33,773 nucleotides of DNA from Bacilli bacterium (GCA_045615605.1 JAZLFE010000047.1:1-33773), one strand, 5' to 3'; shown: positions 1-9,119, numbered from the stretch's first letter. Numbers and translations are program-made. The notes: a model not told the origin generated them from the letters alone.

Positions 1-122
<122 letters not shown>

Positions 123-207
123 TTTAATATCTAGTTCAAAAATAAATTATCTGGTTTGTGTTTCAAAATTCAAAACAAAAATAAATTGACATTATTATTG
201 TTGTACA

Positions 208-275
208 TCTGTTCAGTTTTCAAAGATCTATGCACGTTATCTATACTACGTATAGGTTTCCACCGAATTGGTGGA
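208..275 (-). promoter_or_regulatory. rrn leader: boxA/processing-stalk sequence and leader hairpins
   Basis: GATCTTTGAAAACTGAACAGA on the minus strand (208-228) is typical of Bacillota rrn leaders. Hairpins ctatac-tac-gtatag (241-255) and tccacc-gaatt-ggtgga (259-275). Confidence 0.7.
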
Positions 276-286
276 CGTGCTTTTCA

Positions 287-315
287 ATATTATCACTTTG
301 AATTATTCGTGTCAA
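287..315 (-). promoter_or_regulatory. sigma70/sigmaA promoter of the rRNA operon
   Basis: Minus strand TTGACA (315-310), 17 bp, TAATAT (292-287), with an extended -10 TG. Confidence 0.75.
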
Positions 316-334
316 ATTATTTTTAAGAATTTTT

Positions 335-380
335 TAAATGCCCGAAAAACCGCATAAATACAAGGGTTTTCGGGTATTTA
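335..380. repeat. imperfect intergenic inverted repeat
   Basis: taaatgcccgaaaa ... ttttcgggtattta: 14-bp arms with one mismatch around an 18-nt spacer. Confidence 0.55.
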
Positions 381-546
381 GAACGTAGATAATAGAAAAT
401 ATTTTTTAAAAATGAAAATTTTAATAGCACCGCTTGTGCAAATATTAAAATATGCGAATACGCGTATATAAAAGAAAATAAAAAATTTTGTAGAACTTAT
501 TTTTAGCGACATTTCCTAGTGTTTTTGCTTATTACTTTAATATATA

Positions 547-577
547 AATAAAAAAAGATGCACGCGACATGCATCTT
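547..577 (-). terminator. intrinsic terminator after tRNA-Lys
   Basis: Minus strand AAGATGCA-TGTCGCG-TGCATCTT followed by a T run, 11 nt downstream of the tRNA CCA. Confidence 0.8.
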
Positions 578-588
578 CTAATTTAATC

Positions 589-664
589 TGGTGATCCGCC
601 GGAGACTCGAACTCCGGACCCATTGATTAAGAGTCAATTGCTCTACCAACTGAGCTAGCGGACC
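589..664 (-). tRNA. tRNA-Lys (anticodon CUU)
   Basis: Reverse complement GGTCCGCTAGCTCAGTTGGTAGAGCAATTGACT-CTT-AATCAATGGGTCCGGAGTTCGAGTCTCCGGCGGATCACCA: 76 nt cloverleaf, GTTCGA T-loop, encoded CCA. Confidence 0.96.
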
Positions 665-675
665 AGCGTTTATAT

Positions 676-704
676 ACTTTAAACTAAACTATATCTATTT
701 GCAA
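676..704 (-). promoter_or_regulatory. tRNA promoter
   Basis: Minus strand TTGCAA, 17 bp, TAAAGT, ending 11 nt upstream of the tRNA. Confidence 0.6.
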
Positions 705-908
705 CAATTAAGGGATTCCGTTAGTAAAAATCGAAACTTTCTTTTAAAATTTAAGGATTCTTATTTAAAAAGAAATTAAGCTATTAGTTTACTAATTAAT
801 TGTCACACCAGTTAAGACTGGCATCAATTCTTATAAAGTCGCTCGGAATTTAGTAAACGGAAAAATCATTAGTGTCATTTTTAACTTAAATTTGAAGAAA
901 GTTTTTAA

Positions 909-1511
909 CTAATGATTTAAGTGGTAATGAACATAATGAGATAAAGTAGTCCTATGTACTTTTAAATATTTGCCCGCTTTAGTGTAACTATATCCTTTAT
1001 CTAATAAATATTTAATCTTGACTTCTTGTCCATATAATTTGTAATAAGTCATCTTACTAACTCCTTTAGCCCTACCTAACTTTTTGCCATTCGCTTGTAG
1101 GCGATGAAGCGCTTCTTTAGTCCTTTGACTAATTAAGGTTCTTTCAATCTCTGCGCTTAGACCAAAGGCAAACGCTAATACTTTAGATTGAATATCATCA
1201 CCTAAGCGATATCCATCTTTTATTGTCCAAATCTTTGCTCCTTTATTAAGACACATATTTAATATGCTCATAATCATAAATAGTGATCTACCTAATCTAG
1301 ATAATTCACTACATATAATTAGATCATTAGACTTTATGTGTTTTAATAATTTACCTAATTTTCTTTTATTACATTCCTTTAGACCACTAACAGTCTCCTC
1401 TATCCATCCATCAATATTTAATTTCTCTTTTTTGCAAAAATTAGTGATTTCAAATCTTTGATTCTCAACAGTTTGTTTATCACTACTAACTCGTATATAA
1501 CCATATACCAT
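909..1511 (-). CDS. small serine recombinase (resolvase/invertase), Mpi-like DNA invertase
   Basis: YGYIRVSS catalytic-Ser motif, ELSRLGRS, IERTLISQRTKEAL, GKKLGR and a C-terminal HTH. MVYGYIRVSSDKQTVENQRFEI and GDDIQSKVLAFAFGLSAEIER match the Bacteroides Mpi-type family as I recall it. AAGGAG RBS upstream. Confidence 0.92.
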   Translation of the reverse strand: MVYGYIRVSSDKQTVENQRFEITNFCKKEKLNIDGWIEETVSGLKECNKRKLGKLLKHIKSNDLIICSELSRLGRSLFMIMSILNMCLNKGAKIWTIKDGYRLGDDIQSKVLAFAFGLSAEIERTLISQRTKEALHRLQANGKKLGRAKGVSKMTYYKLYGQEVKIKYLLDKGYSYTKAGKYLKVHRTTLSHYVHYHLNH

Positions 1512-1692
1512 ATGTATTTATTCTCCTTTTAAGAAGAAAGTTTATATCTTGGTTGAATAAATAAAATAAAATATTAAAACTTGCATAGCCTAAAACAATA
1601 TAAAATATTTTTTTATAGTATAAATGGTAATGTTAAGCAGTTAGACAAATAATAACACCTTACAAAGCGTACATTTATCATATATTAAATTT

Positions 1693-1758
1693 AAAAAAGA
1701 TTGGTCCTACGTTTACCCGTACACCCATCAACTAACCGACAGGAGGCCAACCTTAATT
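1693..1758 (-). ncRNA. putative small structured RNA downstream of DUF3800 (candidate DUF3800-type RNA motif)
   Basis: GC-rich island in AT-rich DNA. Outer stem AAGGTTGG-CCT / AGG-A-CCAATCTT encloses hairpins CCTGTCGG-TTAG-TTGATGGG and TACG-GGTAAA-CGTA and ends in a T6 run. It has its own promoter. Confidence 0.62.
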
Positions 1759-1764
1759 GTCTTT

Positions 1765-1793
1765 AGTCTAAACTAATTTTAATGGTGTGTCAA
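1765..1793 (-). promoter_or_regulatory. promoter for the small RNA
   Basis: Minus strand TTGACA (1793-1788), 17 bp, TAGACT (1770-1765), starting 10 nt after the DUF3800 stop. Confidence 0.7.
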
Positions 1794-1803
1794 TATAGCC
1801 AAC

Positions 1804-2403
1804 TTAATTAGATGGCGACGCTTCTTTGATCATTCTTTTTAATAAAAAATAAAAAATATCTGCCCATTTATATTTGTTATCTATATCGCTATTTAACCTG
1901 ATAACGCTAGAAATGTTATCAACATATTGAATTCCATGACATTTTTCTGAATTTGCTGAGATTACTTTTATTACATTTTTGCAAGTTAATATTTTTTTCT
2001 TAATACTATCTTCAAAATCTTTCTTATTAAATGCATCAAAAATTACTTCGATTTTGTCTGGTATCACTTTGATTATATTTATAAGCAAGGAAACATAGAC
2101 CCTTTCTTTTAATATTTGATTAAGAACTTTTTTATTTTTATTATATTTTGAATATATTATTGAGCATGGCATTCTAGAAATTGATTCAAGCATCTTCAAT
2201 TTAATTTTTTGATAATCATAATCTAATAAATGTGATTTAAACTCGGTAAAGATAATAGATTTATACTTAGGACTAACATAAATTAATTTTGCGGAATTTT
2301 TAAACATTTTATAATTTTTTTCTAAAGTTAAAACAGAATCTACTAAAAGACCCGTCACAATAAAATAATTTTTGTTTTCAGTTTCGTCAATATATAAAAC
2401 CAT
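1804..2403 (-). CDS. DUF3800 domain protein (RNase H-like fold predicted)
   Basis: N-terminal LYIDETE, EFKS, VIFD and C-terminal GIQYVDNISSVIR (QxxD) motifs. Start moved from 2451 to ATG 2403, which has TATAAT 6 nt upstream (leaderless). Confidence 0.8.
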   Translation of the reverse strand: MVLYIDETENKNYFIVTGLLVDSVLTLEKNYKMFKNSAKLIYVSPKYKSIIFTEFKSHLLDYDYQKIKLKMLESISRMPCSIIYSKYNKNKKVLNQILKERVYVSLLINIIKVIPDKIEVIFDAFNKKDFEDSIKKKILTCKNVIKVISANSEKCHGIQYVDNISSVIRLNSDIDNKYKWADIFYFLLKRMIKEASPSN

Positions 2404-2476
2404 AATGTCATTATATAACAGATCATTTTTATTTTGTGACCAGGAAAACATAATTGTATTTTTTAATTAATAAAAA

Positions 2477-3283
2477 GTGCTGAAAATAAACGACCCTTTT
2501 GATTTTACAACTGCAATAACTGCAGATACTACGATATATGCTAAGTTTGAAGAAGAAGTTAAAACCTGGACTGTTACATTTGATACCGGAGATACCGGAT
2601 ATTATGTAGCCCCTCAATTCATTGAAAATGGCAATAAAGTAACTAAACCCGGGGATCCATACATAGAAGGCAAAACATTTGAAGGCTGGTACTATGTTCC
2701 GGATCCAACTAAACCAACTGAAGAAGTTTTGTGGCAATTTGATACTAATACTGTCACATCAAATGTTGAGCTAAAAGCTCATTGGAACTCTAGCGTTTCT
2801 TATACAGTTAATTTCTATGATTTTGAGAATAATATAATAAGTACAGAGACTGTAGAAAGTGGCGAGAGTTTAACTAATATTCCTGATGGCCAAGATTATT
2901 TTGATGATGTTAATAATAATCGTTATTATTTCGTTGCTTGGACACCTGAAGTAGAAATAACTCCAACTCATAACGCGGACTATCATGGAATGTATGACCT
3001 TGATAATAATATAGATTTAGATTTTACTAGCAATAATCCTGAGTACAAAGTTGATGGCAAATCATCGTTTATTCAATATTTAAGATACGGAAATATTGTT
3101 TCTTATACTTTAGATGGTGAATCCGTTGCACCTGCTAATAGTGTTCATGTTTATATAAATGGAAGCTCAACCGAAGCGATTCAAGGCACAGATTATACTT
3201 ACATTAACGGAACAATTACCATTAATACTAAGCAAAATCAAACAGTTAAATACGCTAGTACCATTAGTATTGTAATCGATTAG
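2477..3283 (+). CDS. headless alternative C-terminal cassette of the InlB-B/Flg_new repeat surface protein
   Basis: Begins mid-repeat (DPFDFTTAITADTTIYAKFEE) with no signal peptide or RBS. Colinear with residues 951-1195 of 15344..18931 (YYFVAWTP vs HYFVGWTP, YDLDNNID vs YDINNNID, RYGNIVSYTLDG vs RYGNVISYQLDG). The GTG start is probably not used. Confidence 0.85.
   Translation: MLKINDPFDFTTAITADTTIYAKFEEEVKTWTVTFDTGDTGYYVAPQFIENGNKVTKPGDPYIEGKTFEGWYYVPDPTKPTEEVLWQFDTNTVTSNVELKAHWNSSVSYTVNFYDFENNIISTETVESGESLTNIPDGQDYFDDVNNNRYYFVAWTPEVEITPTHNADYHGMYDLDNNIDLDFTSNNPEYKVDGKSSFIQYLRYGNIVSYTLDGESVAPANSVHVYINGSSTEAIQGTDYTYINGTITINTKQNQTVKYASTISIVID
2490..2554 (+). repeat. inverted repeat, left copy (65 bp)
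   Basis: acgacccttttgattttacaactgcaataactgcagatactacgatatatgctaagtttgaagaa equals the reverse complement of 16019-16083 except at 2513 and 2545. Confidence 0.95.
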
Positions 3284-3303
3284 TTAATAGTGAGGTTTAA
3301 GAT

Positions 3304-6300
3304 ATGAACAAAAGAAAATTATTAGTGTTATCAATCGGAGCAATGTTTCTTGTTTTGCCAGCTACTATAGTAATTGGACACGACACAATTAACAATGTTG
3401 TTAATCCAACAAATGGTCTAAAGAAAGTTACTATTTATTGTGATAATTGTTTTGTAAAAGAAAACAAAGAAGGAGCTACTCAAAGGAAGCAACTTACTAA
3501 ATACGTTCCAGAAAAAGAGAATTTATCTTTTATCTTTACTCCGTCTGCTCAGATTGCTAGCGATGTATTCCCTTACATTTCATCTTTTTTAGTTGATGGT
3601 AACCCAGTAAACTCAGGCTATTACACGTATGTACAAGCCTCTGGCCAATTAGATTTTAGTGCTACTGGTAATGCTAGCATTACAGTTAAATGCGGTACTT
3701 CATTTAGTACCGAATTTACCTATCTTAATAATGAAACTAATGAAGATACAATAACCATTGACTATAACGGTTCACTTGAATCAATTGATTGGGGAGACGG
3801 CACAACAGATCAATTAAAAACGCACACTTATAATAAAAGTAATACTGAAAGAACTATTAAAGTAAATGGCGAAATCAGTTCTATTGAGATAAATTCAATT
3901 AATCAAAATGAAATGCCATATATAACTTCAATTAATTTTGGCGATTCAATTACAACTATTAGAGATAATTCTTTTAATAATTTTACAAATTTAACTTCGA
4001 TAAATTTTGGAAAAAGCGTTTCCTATATCGCAAATACTTCTTTTAATAATTGCCCAAATTTATGCTATATAAATATTGATAAAGAAAACGAGAATTATAC
4101 TTCACCAAAGAATTCTAATGTGCTCTTAGAAGATTCAACATTAATTTTAGCTGGATCAAAATCAGTCATCCCTAGCGAAGCTGAAGAAATAGGTTCAAAT
4201 GCTTTTAGTGGATCTACAATTAGAAATATTACTATTCCAAGTAATGTGAAAACAATTAAATCAAATGCTTTTAATAATTGCAAAAATTTAAGTACTGTTA
4301 AATTCACAAGCGGAATTCAAAATATTAATTCATTAGCCTTTAACAATTGTACAAATTTATCAAATTTAGATTTTACTTCTTTTGATTCTTCCTCTATCGC
4401 TTTTGATATGGCCTCAGATGCTTTTGGTACTTTAACAAACCACTCTTTAAATTTACCAGAAGAGTCACAAGCAAGAGCTTTCGTTGGTCAATTAATACCT
4501 AGCACTTATCAAAATTGTATTGCTGAAGTTTGTGCTGTAACAATAGGTATTAACATACCAGAGGATAGCACTAATAGAGAAGTCAGCGTATTATATTGGG
4601 ATACATCTTCAAATGATATAACAATAGATTGGGGCGATAACTCTAATGATGGATATGTTTTTAATAATCATACTTACAGTAAACCTGGTTCTTATACAAT
4701 TAAAGTATATGGAACTAAAATTGATTCTCCTTGTTTGTCAGATGAAAGCAAATCGTTTGCAACTAATCTTTCTTTTTCATCAAGCGTTCATAATTTAATG
4801 CAAACCGGAGGATTTTCCTATTATAGTAATTTATGTTCTTTTGATGCTAAGAATGCATCATTTTATAATAACACATTACAAGATTATGCTTTTTCAAACG
4901 ATTCAAAACTTACCAATATAGAACTTCCTGATAACTTATTAACGATTTCTAAATATTGCTTTAATAATTGTTTTTCCCTCATTTCTTTAAAAATTCCAAC
5001 TTCTGTAACTTCAATAAAACAATGGGCTTTTTCTAGTTGTTCAAGCCTTGAAAAAATAATTATTCCTACTAATTCTCAATTAAATGAATTAGGTAGTAGT
5101 ACTTTTCATAGCTGCATGTCTTTAACTTCTGTAGACTTTAGTAATGCTAGAAATATTACTAGTCTTCCTGAAGGCTTATTTTGGAAATGTTCTTCTTTAA
5201 CTAGTGCGACTTTTAGTTCTAATATAACTAGTTTAGCTAATAGCGTTTTTAACGGTTGCTCTTCGTTGTCAAATATTTCTTCATTTCCGAATGTTACCAC
5301 TATCGGTTATACTTGTTTTGCTTATACTAAGATAACTTCTTTTGAAATAGGTCCTTCTTGCATAGATATCTCCACAAACAATATTTTCCTTGGTTGCGAT
5401 ACATTAGAATCTTTAAAAGTAAATTCTGCAAACACTGTTTATACAGATTTAGGTCAAAATATAATTCTTAAAAAAAGCGACAGAACATTAGTTGCTATGT
5501 GCAAATCATCTATAATTCCAGATGATTGTATAATACCAAGCGATTCGCAAAATATCTTTATTTGTACACCTGAAGAATTCACTATTCCTAAACAAATAAT
5601 AGATTTACCTAAATATGCTTTCCAAAATAACAAAAACATTAAAAAAGTTATTATTCCTAATACTTTAAAAACTTTATCTTTAAAATGTTTCGAAAATTGT
5701 GTCAATTTAAGAGAAGTTGTGTTTGAAGATGGGTGTCAGCTTACTTCTTTATCAGAAAATTGTTTTAATGGATGTGAAAATTTATCTATAATTAATTTAC
5801 CGTCTTCAATTAAAACATTATTAAAATATTGTTTTAATGGATGTAAAAATTTAACTAAAGTGCCTGTGAGTGATGGACACGTTTTTACTTCTATTGGAGA
5901 TTATGCGTTTGCTGGAACCGGAGTAACAAAAGGTATTTTGTTTAATGCCACGCTTGGAACAAATATCTATAGTGAGTGTACGAATTTAAATGAAATAGAA
6001 ATAGAAGAAGGTGTTACAACAATACCTGCTTCTACATTTAATGGATGTAAAAACTTAGTTAGTGCGGATTTAAAAAATATCGTTACCGTCTCAACCTCAG
6101 CTTTTAATGATTGTAAGAGTCTTGAAACAGTCAAATTTTACGAAGGATTAACTACTATAAGTGCTAAGTCTTTTTATAATTGCGCTATGATTGAAGAATT
6201 GGATTTCCCTAGTACAATATCTACTATTGCATTTTCAACTAAAGATAATCCTTTTATTGGCTGCAATGGATTAAAAAAGATTAGTTTAGCAGGAGAAGAA

Positions 6301-7143
6301 AATGCTAAATATAAGTGTATAAATGGTTCTAACTATATTACTAGTAAAGATGGAACTATATTATATTTATCACTTGTTGGTATTCCAAATGATTCAAAAA
6401 TTATCAATTTATATTCAGGTTCTGTTGCCGGCCTTGAAAAGAATTGTAATATTAATATCCCTGCTCAAATTACTACATTTTCCTATAATTTTATTGCTGA
6501 TGCTAATCTTGTTAATAATGTTACTGTCGATAGCGAAAATACTACTTTTAGTGACTGCGGGCATAATGGTATTTTTAATATAAAAACTTCAGGTAAATGT
6601 TTACTTGTAAGGGCGTTTAGACATACTACTTTATTCGAAGGAGTTACAGAGTTATCAGCTAATTGTTATAGCGACACAGACATTGACAATCCATATTTAA
6701 ACAATTTACCAAGCACTACTACTAAAGTTAATAGTTCAACATTTGTTAATTCAGGGTTTAAATATATAAATTTATCTCAATTTACTACTACTATAGCTAA
6801 GCTTGCTTTTGGTGGTTCTACTAAATTAGAAGAATTTGTTTTGCCAAACACTTCAAGCAAAGATGGAGGTACGCTTATTCCGACCAATTATATTACAGGA
6901 TGTACTTCGTTAAAAAAATGTACTGTATTAAACTACGATAGAGTCCAAAAATGCGAAAATACACTTGGCGATACCCCTTCTTTAAAAGAATTATATTTAT
7001 ATATAAACCCGGAAAATTGCGATAGCAGTAAATTAATTACTACTTCACTTAACAAGGATTTAAAAATATTTGTTCCTTTAGAATATTATTCGAGTTGGGC
7101 TAATAGTTATCCAGATTGGGCTGAACATTTAGTTATAATATAA
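3304..7143 (+). CDS. BspA-type (LRR_5) leucine-rich repeat surface protein, variant B
   Basis: N-terminal basic and hydrophobic segment, many xIxxxAFxxCxxLxxIxLP repeats, two PKD-like IDWGD...HTY modules, GAGGT RBS. Confidence 0.92.
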   Translation: MNKRKLLVLSIGAMFLVLPATIVIGHDTINNVVNPTNGLKKVTIYCDNCFVKENKEGATQRKQLTKYVPEKENLSFIFTPSAQIASDVFPYISSFLVDGNPVNSGYYTYVQASGQLDFSATGNASITVKCGTSFSTEFTYLNNETNEDTITIDYNGSLESIDWGDGTTDQLKTHTYNKSNTERTIKVNGEISSIEINSINQNEMPYITSINFGDSITTIRDNSFNNFTNLTSINFGKSVSYIANTSFNNCPNLCYINIDKENENYTSPKNSNVLLEDSTLILAGSKSVIPSEAEEIGSNAFSGSTIRNITIPSNVKTIKSNAFNNCKNLSTVKFTSGIQNINSLAFNNCTNLSNLDFTSFDSSSIAFDMASDAFGTLTNHSLNLPEESQARAFVGQLIPSTYQNCIAEVCAVTIGINIPEDSTNREVSVLYWDTSSNDITIDWGDNSNDGYVFNNHTYSKPGSYTIKVYGTKIDSPCLSDESKSFATNLSFSSSVHNLMQTGGFSYYSNLCSFDAKNASFYNNTLQDYAFSNDSKLTNIELPDNLLTISKYCFNNCFSLISLKIPTSVTSIKQWAFSSCSSLEKIIIPTNSQLNELGSSTFHSCMSLTSVDFSNARNITSLPEGLFWKCSSLTSATFSSNITSLANSVFNGCSSLSNISSFPNVTTIGYTCFAYTKITSFEIGPSCIDISTNNIFLGCDTLESLKVNSANTVYTDLGQNIILKKSDRTLVAMCKSSIIPDDCIIPSDSQNIFICTPEEFTIPKQIIDLPKYAFQNNKNIKKVIIPNTLKTLSLKCFENCVNLREVVFEDGCQLTSLSENCFNGCENLSIINLPSSIKTLLKYCFNGCKNLTKVPVSDGHVFTSIGDYAFAGTGVTKGILFNATLGTNIYSECTNLNEIEIEEGVTTIPASTFNGCKNLVSADLKNIVTVSTSAFNDCKSLETVKFYEGLTTISAKSFYNCAMIEELDFPSTISTIAFSTKDNPFIGCNGLKKISLAGEENAKYKCINGSNYITSKDGTILYLSLVGIPNDSKIINLYSGSVAGLEKNCNINIPAQITTFSYNFIADANLVNNVTVDSENTTFSDCGHNGIFNIKTSGKCLLVRAFRHTTLFEGVTELSANCYSDTDIDNPYLNNLPSTTTKVNSSTFVNSGFKYINLSQFTTTIAKLAFGGSTKLEEFVLPNTSSKDGGTLIPTNYITGCTSLKKCTVLNYDRVQKCENTLGDTPSLKELYLYINPENCDSSKLITTSLNKDLKIFVPLEYYSSWANSYPDWAEHLVII

Positions 7144-7318
7144 GTTGTTTATTAATGTTTTAATTATATGCAAATAAATATTATTAGATAAAGATTCCAT
7201 GCATCGTTCAAAAATAATACTTTATGATTATGATATACAAAATTATGAGTGTATACTATTAGAAATTTTTAAAATATAATATATTTATTTTTAATATATG
7301 ATAGTATACTAGTATATT

Positions 7319-7969
7319 ATGAAACTTTATTATGGCGCTGATGCACTAATTAAACAACCAGTATTTGGTAAAGGTAATCCTATAAATGATTACGGCCTAG
7401 GTTTTTATCTTACTCCAAATAAAGAGATGGCTAGATTATGGGCAAGTAAAAACACAAATGGTGGATATTTAATAACCTACAAAGTAAATATTAATAATTT
7501 AAAATGTTTAAATCTTAAACGTATTAATAGATTAGATATCTTGAGATGGATAACTATTTTAGTTTCCCATAGATTCTCGCATGATGAATATATTACATAT
7601 AAAGAAAGAATTGAATGGTTAAAAAAGAATTATTCTATTGATATTAATGAATACGATTTAATAATTGGATATCGCGCAGACGATAGTTATTTTATGTATT
7701 CAAGAGACTTTGTTGCAAACGAGTTATCTATTAATGTATTAGAGGACGCCTTAACAAATGGAGAGTTAGGCGATCAATATGTTCTTATAAGTCAAAAAGC
7801 TTTTAATAATATTAAATTCATTAATGCAGAACACGTTGCTTATAGTGATGAATATTCAAGTTTTAGAAATAAAACTCATAACGAATATTTAAATATTAAG
7901 AAGTTTGATAATGAATCTAATACATTTATTCGGGATTTAATGAGGGGGAAGGATTATGGAAATAGTTAA
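7319..7969 (+). CDS. DUF3990 domain protein (ADP-ribosyltransferase-like fold, putative toxin)
   Basis: MKLYYG...KGNPINDYGLGFYLT...A..WA, YDLIIGYRADDSYF and LGDQYVLISQKAF motifs. Confidence 0.8.
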   Translation: MKLYYGADALIKQPVFGKGNPINDYGLGFYLTPNKEMARLWASKNTNGGYLITYKVNINNLKCLNLKRINRLDILRWITILVSHRFSHDEYITYKERIEWLKKNYSIDINEYDLIIGYRADDSYFMYSRDFVANELSINVLEDALTNGELGDQYVLISQKAFNNIKFINAEHVAYSDEYSSFRNKTHNEYLNIKKFDNESNTFIRDLMRGKDYGNS

Positions 7970-8804
7970 CACTATATTGGTAAAGAAGAAATTCGCTACT
8001 CTACTTGAAAAACTCGTTTTAGGCTGTTCATTAAACTATGAAGTGATTGAAGAGAAAATTATTACTGATCCATATTTTTGTTTCTTAGAAAACGGTGGAT
8101 GTAATAATTTTCTTAGTCAATCATATTCATCAATAATTAATAAATTATTTAATATGGAAATTATTTTTGATGAAGAAGTTAAATACTCTCCTATTTATTG
8201 GGCAGGTATGGAATATATGAATATAGTATTAAATACATTTATACCCTTGCAGACTGTTATCCTTTTATGTCCTTTAAAGGAAATGATAAATAATTATTCG
8301 ATTTATCACGAGATGAATGACATTAAATTGGTAGACAAGTTCTTAAAAGAAAATTATCAAAGAAGTATTATTAAGACTCTCGCTAAAAAAAGAGGGATTA
8401 GTATCCCTACTTTAAGTAAATTAACTAATATCAGTGTAACTACTTTAAGGTATTTAGTAGATAATCAACATTTATACAAGACAACTTTTATTAACATTAA
8501 TCAATTAGTAAAGATATTTAAAGTAAGCGATTCAATATTTAAAGAACACGCTGATATAAGTTATTTTCCTCATAACATTCTAGAAGATAAAGTGTTTGCT
8601 AAATGCTTTATTAGTGAAATAAATTATTATTTAAAGGATCCAATTAATATTAATAAAATAAATAATTTGAAATTAGGCATTAGTGGACTTAGCTATGATT
8701 TAAATAAAAAAAATAAGACGGTTGAAATTAATGATGCTTATTTAAAATCATCATTATTTAAAACATTAAAAAAAGTAAATAAAGAAAATAATCTTATTTT
8801 ATAG
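7956..8804 (+). CDS. HTH (XRE-like) domain protein, partner of DUF3990
   Basis: Overlaps the DUF3990 stop, GGAAGGA RBS. YWAG...YHEM region followed by HTH-like KKRGISIPTLSKLTNISVTTLRYL. Confidence 0.65.
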   Translation: MEIVNTILVKKKFATLLEKLVLGCSLNYEVIEEKIITDPYFCFLENGGCNNFLSQSYSSIINKLFNMEIIFDEEVKYSPIYWAGMEYMNIVLNTFIPLQTVILLCPLKEMINNYSIYHEMNDIKLVDKFLKENYQRSIIKTLAKKRGISIPTLSKLTNISVTTLRYLVDNQHLYKTTFININQLVKIFKVSDSIFKEHADISYFPHNILEDKVFAKCFISEINYYLKDPININKINNLKLGISGLSYDLNKKNKTVEINDAYLKSSLFKTLKKVNKENNLIL

Positions 8805-8818
8805 GTTGATGAACACTT

Positions 8819-8840
8819 AAAAGAGATATAACTCTTTTCT
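8819..8840 (+). terminator. possible weak terminator
   Basis: aaaagag-atataa-ctctttt hairpin 14 nt after the stop codon. Confidence 0.4.
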
Positions 8841-9048
8841 CAAAAGTAAAATATTTCAAATCTAGGATGTGGTTTGGTCAAACGTTTAAAGAAGCTTGTC
8901 CAGATACATTAATAAAGAATCAGTTCATTGGTCTTAAATCTTTATAAGATCGAAAAAAACGTTTTGTCGGTAAAAATTAGTAAATAGAATATTAAAGTAA
9001 CCAAATTTATATCTTTTGCATTCTAAACATTGAATATTTTATTAACAA

Positions 9049-9108
9049 TTCGGCAGAAAGTACAATGCATTGTTGTTTTTGCCGAAATTGGTGATATAAT
9101 GCATTATA
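9049..9108 (+). promoter_or_regulatory. palindromic operator-like sites and extended -10 promoter
   Basis: ttcggcagaaa-gt-acaatgcattgt-tg-tttttgccgaa (9049-9086); TGaTATAAT (9092-9100); tataatgcattata (9095-9108). Confidence 0.6.
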
Positions 9109-9119
9109 GGAGAAATATT

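Noticed and set aside
798-830. Small hairpin ccagt-taag-actgg between the tRNA and the invertase
   Set aside because: A 5-bp stem without a U tail is too weak to call.
589-1511. tRNA-anchored integrative element (tRNA-Lys next to a recombinase)
   Set aside because: The accessory region lies on the 5' side of the tRNA, I saw no duplicated tRNA end, and the enzyme is a small resolvase/invertase rather than an integrase.
2477-2489. Independent GTG-started gene at 2477
   Set aside because: No SD or signal peptide, and homology begins mid-repeat exactly at the IR; better read as a silent cassette.
2481-2505. hix/gix-like site at the left IR edge (TGAAAA...TTTTGA)
   Set aside because: Spacing does not match hix, and the outer half is not shared with the right IR.
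8867-8980. Possible gene remnant MWFGQTFKEACPDTL...
   Set aside because: Only 26 codons before a stop and no recognisable family.
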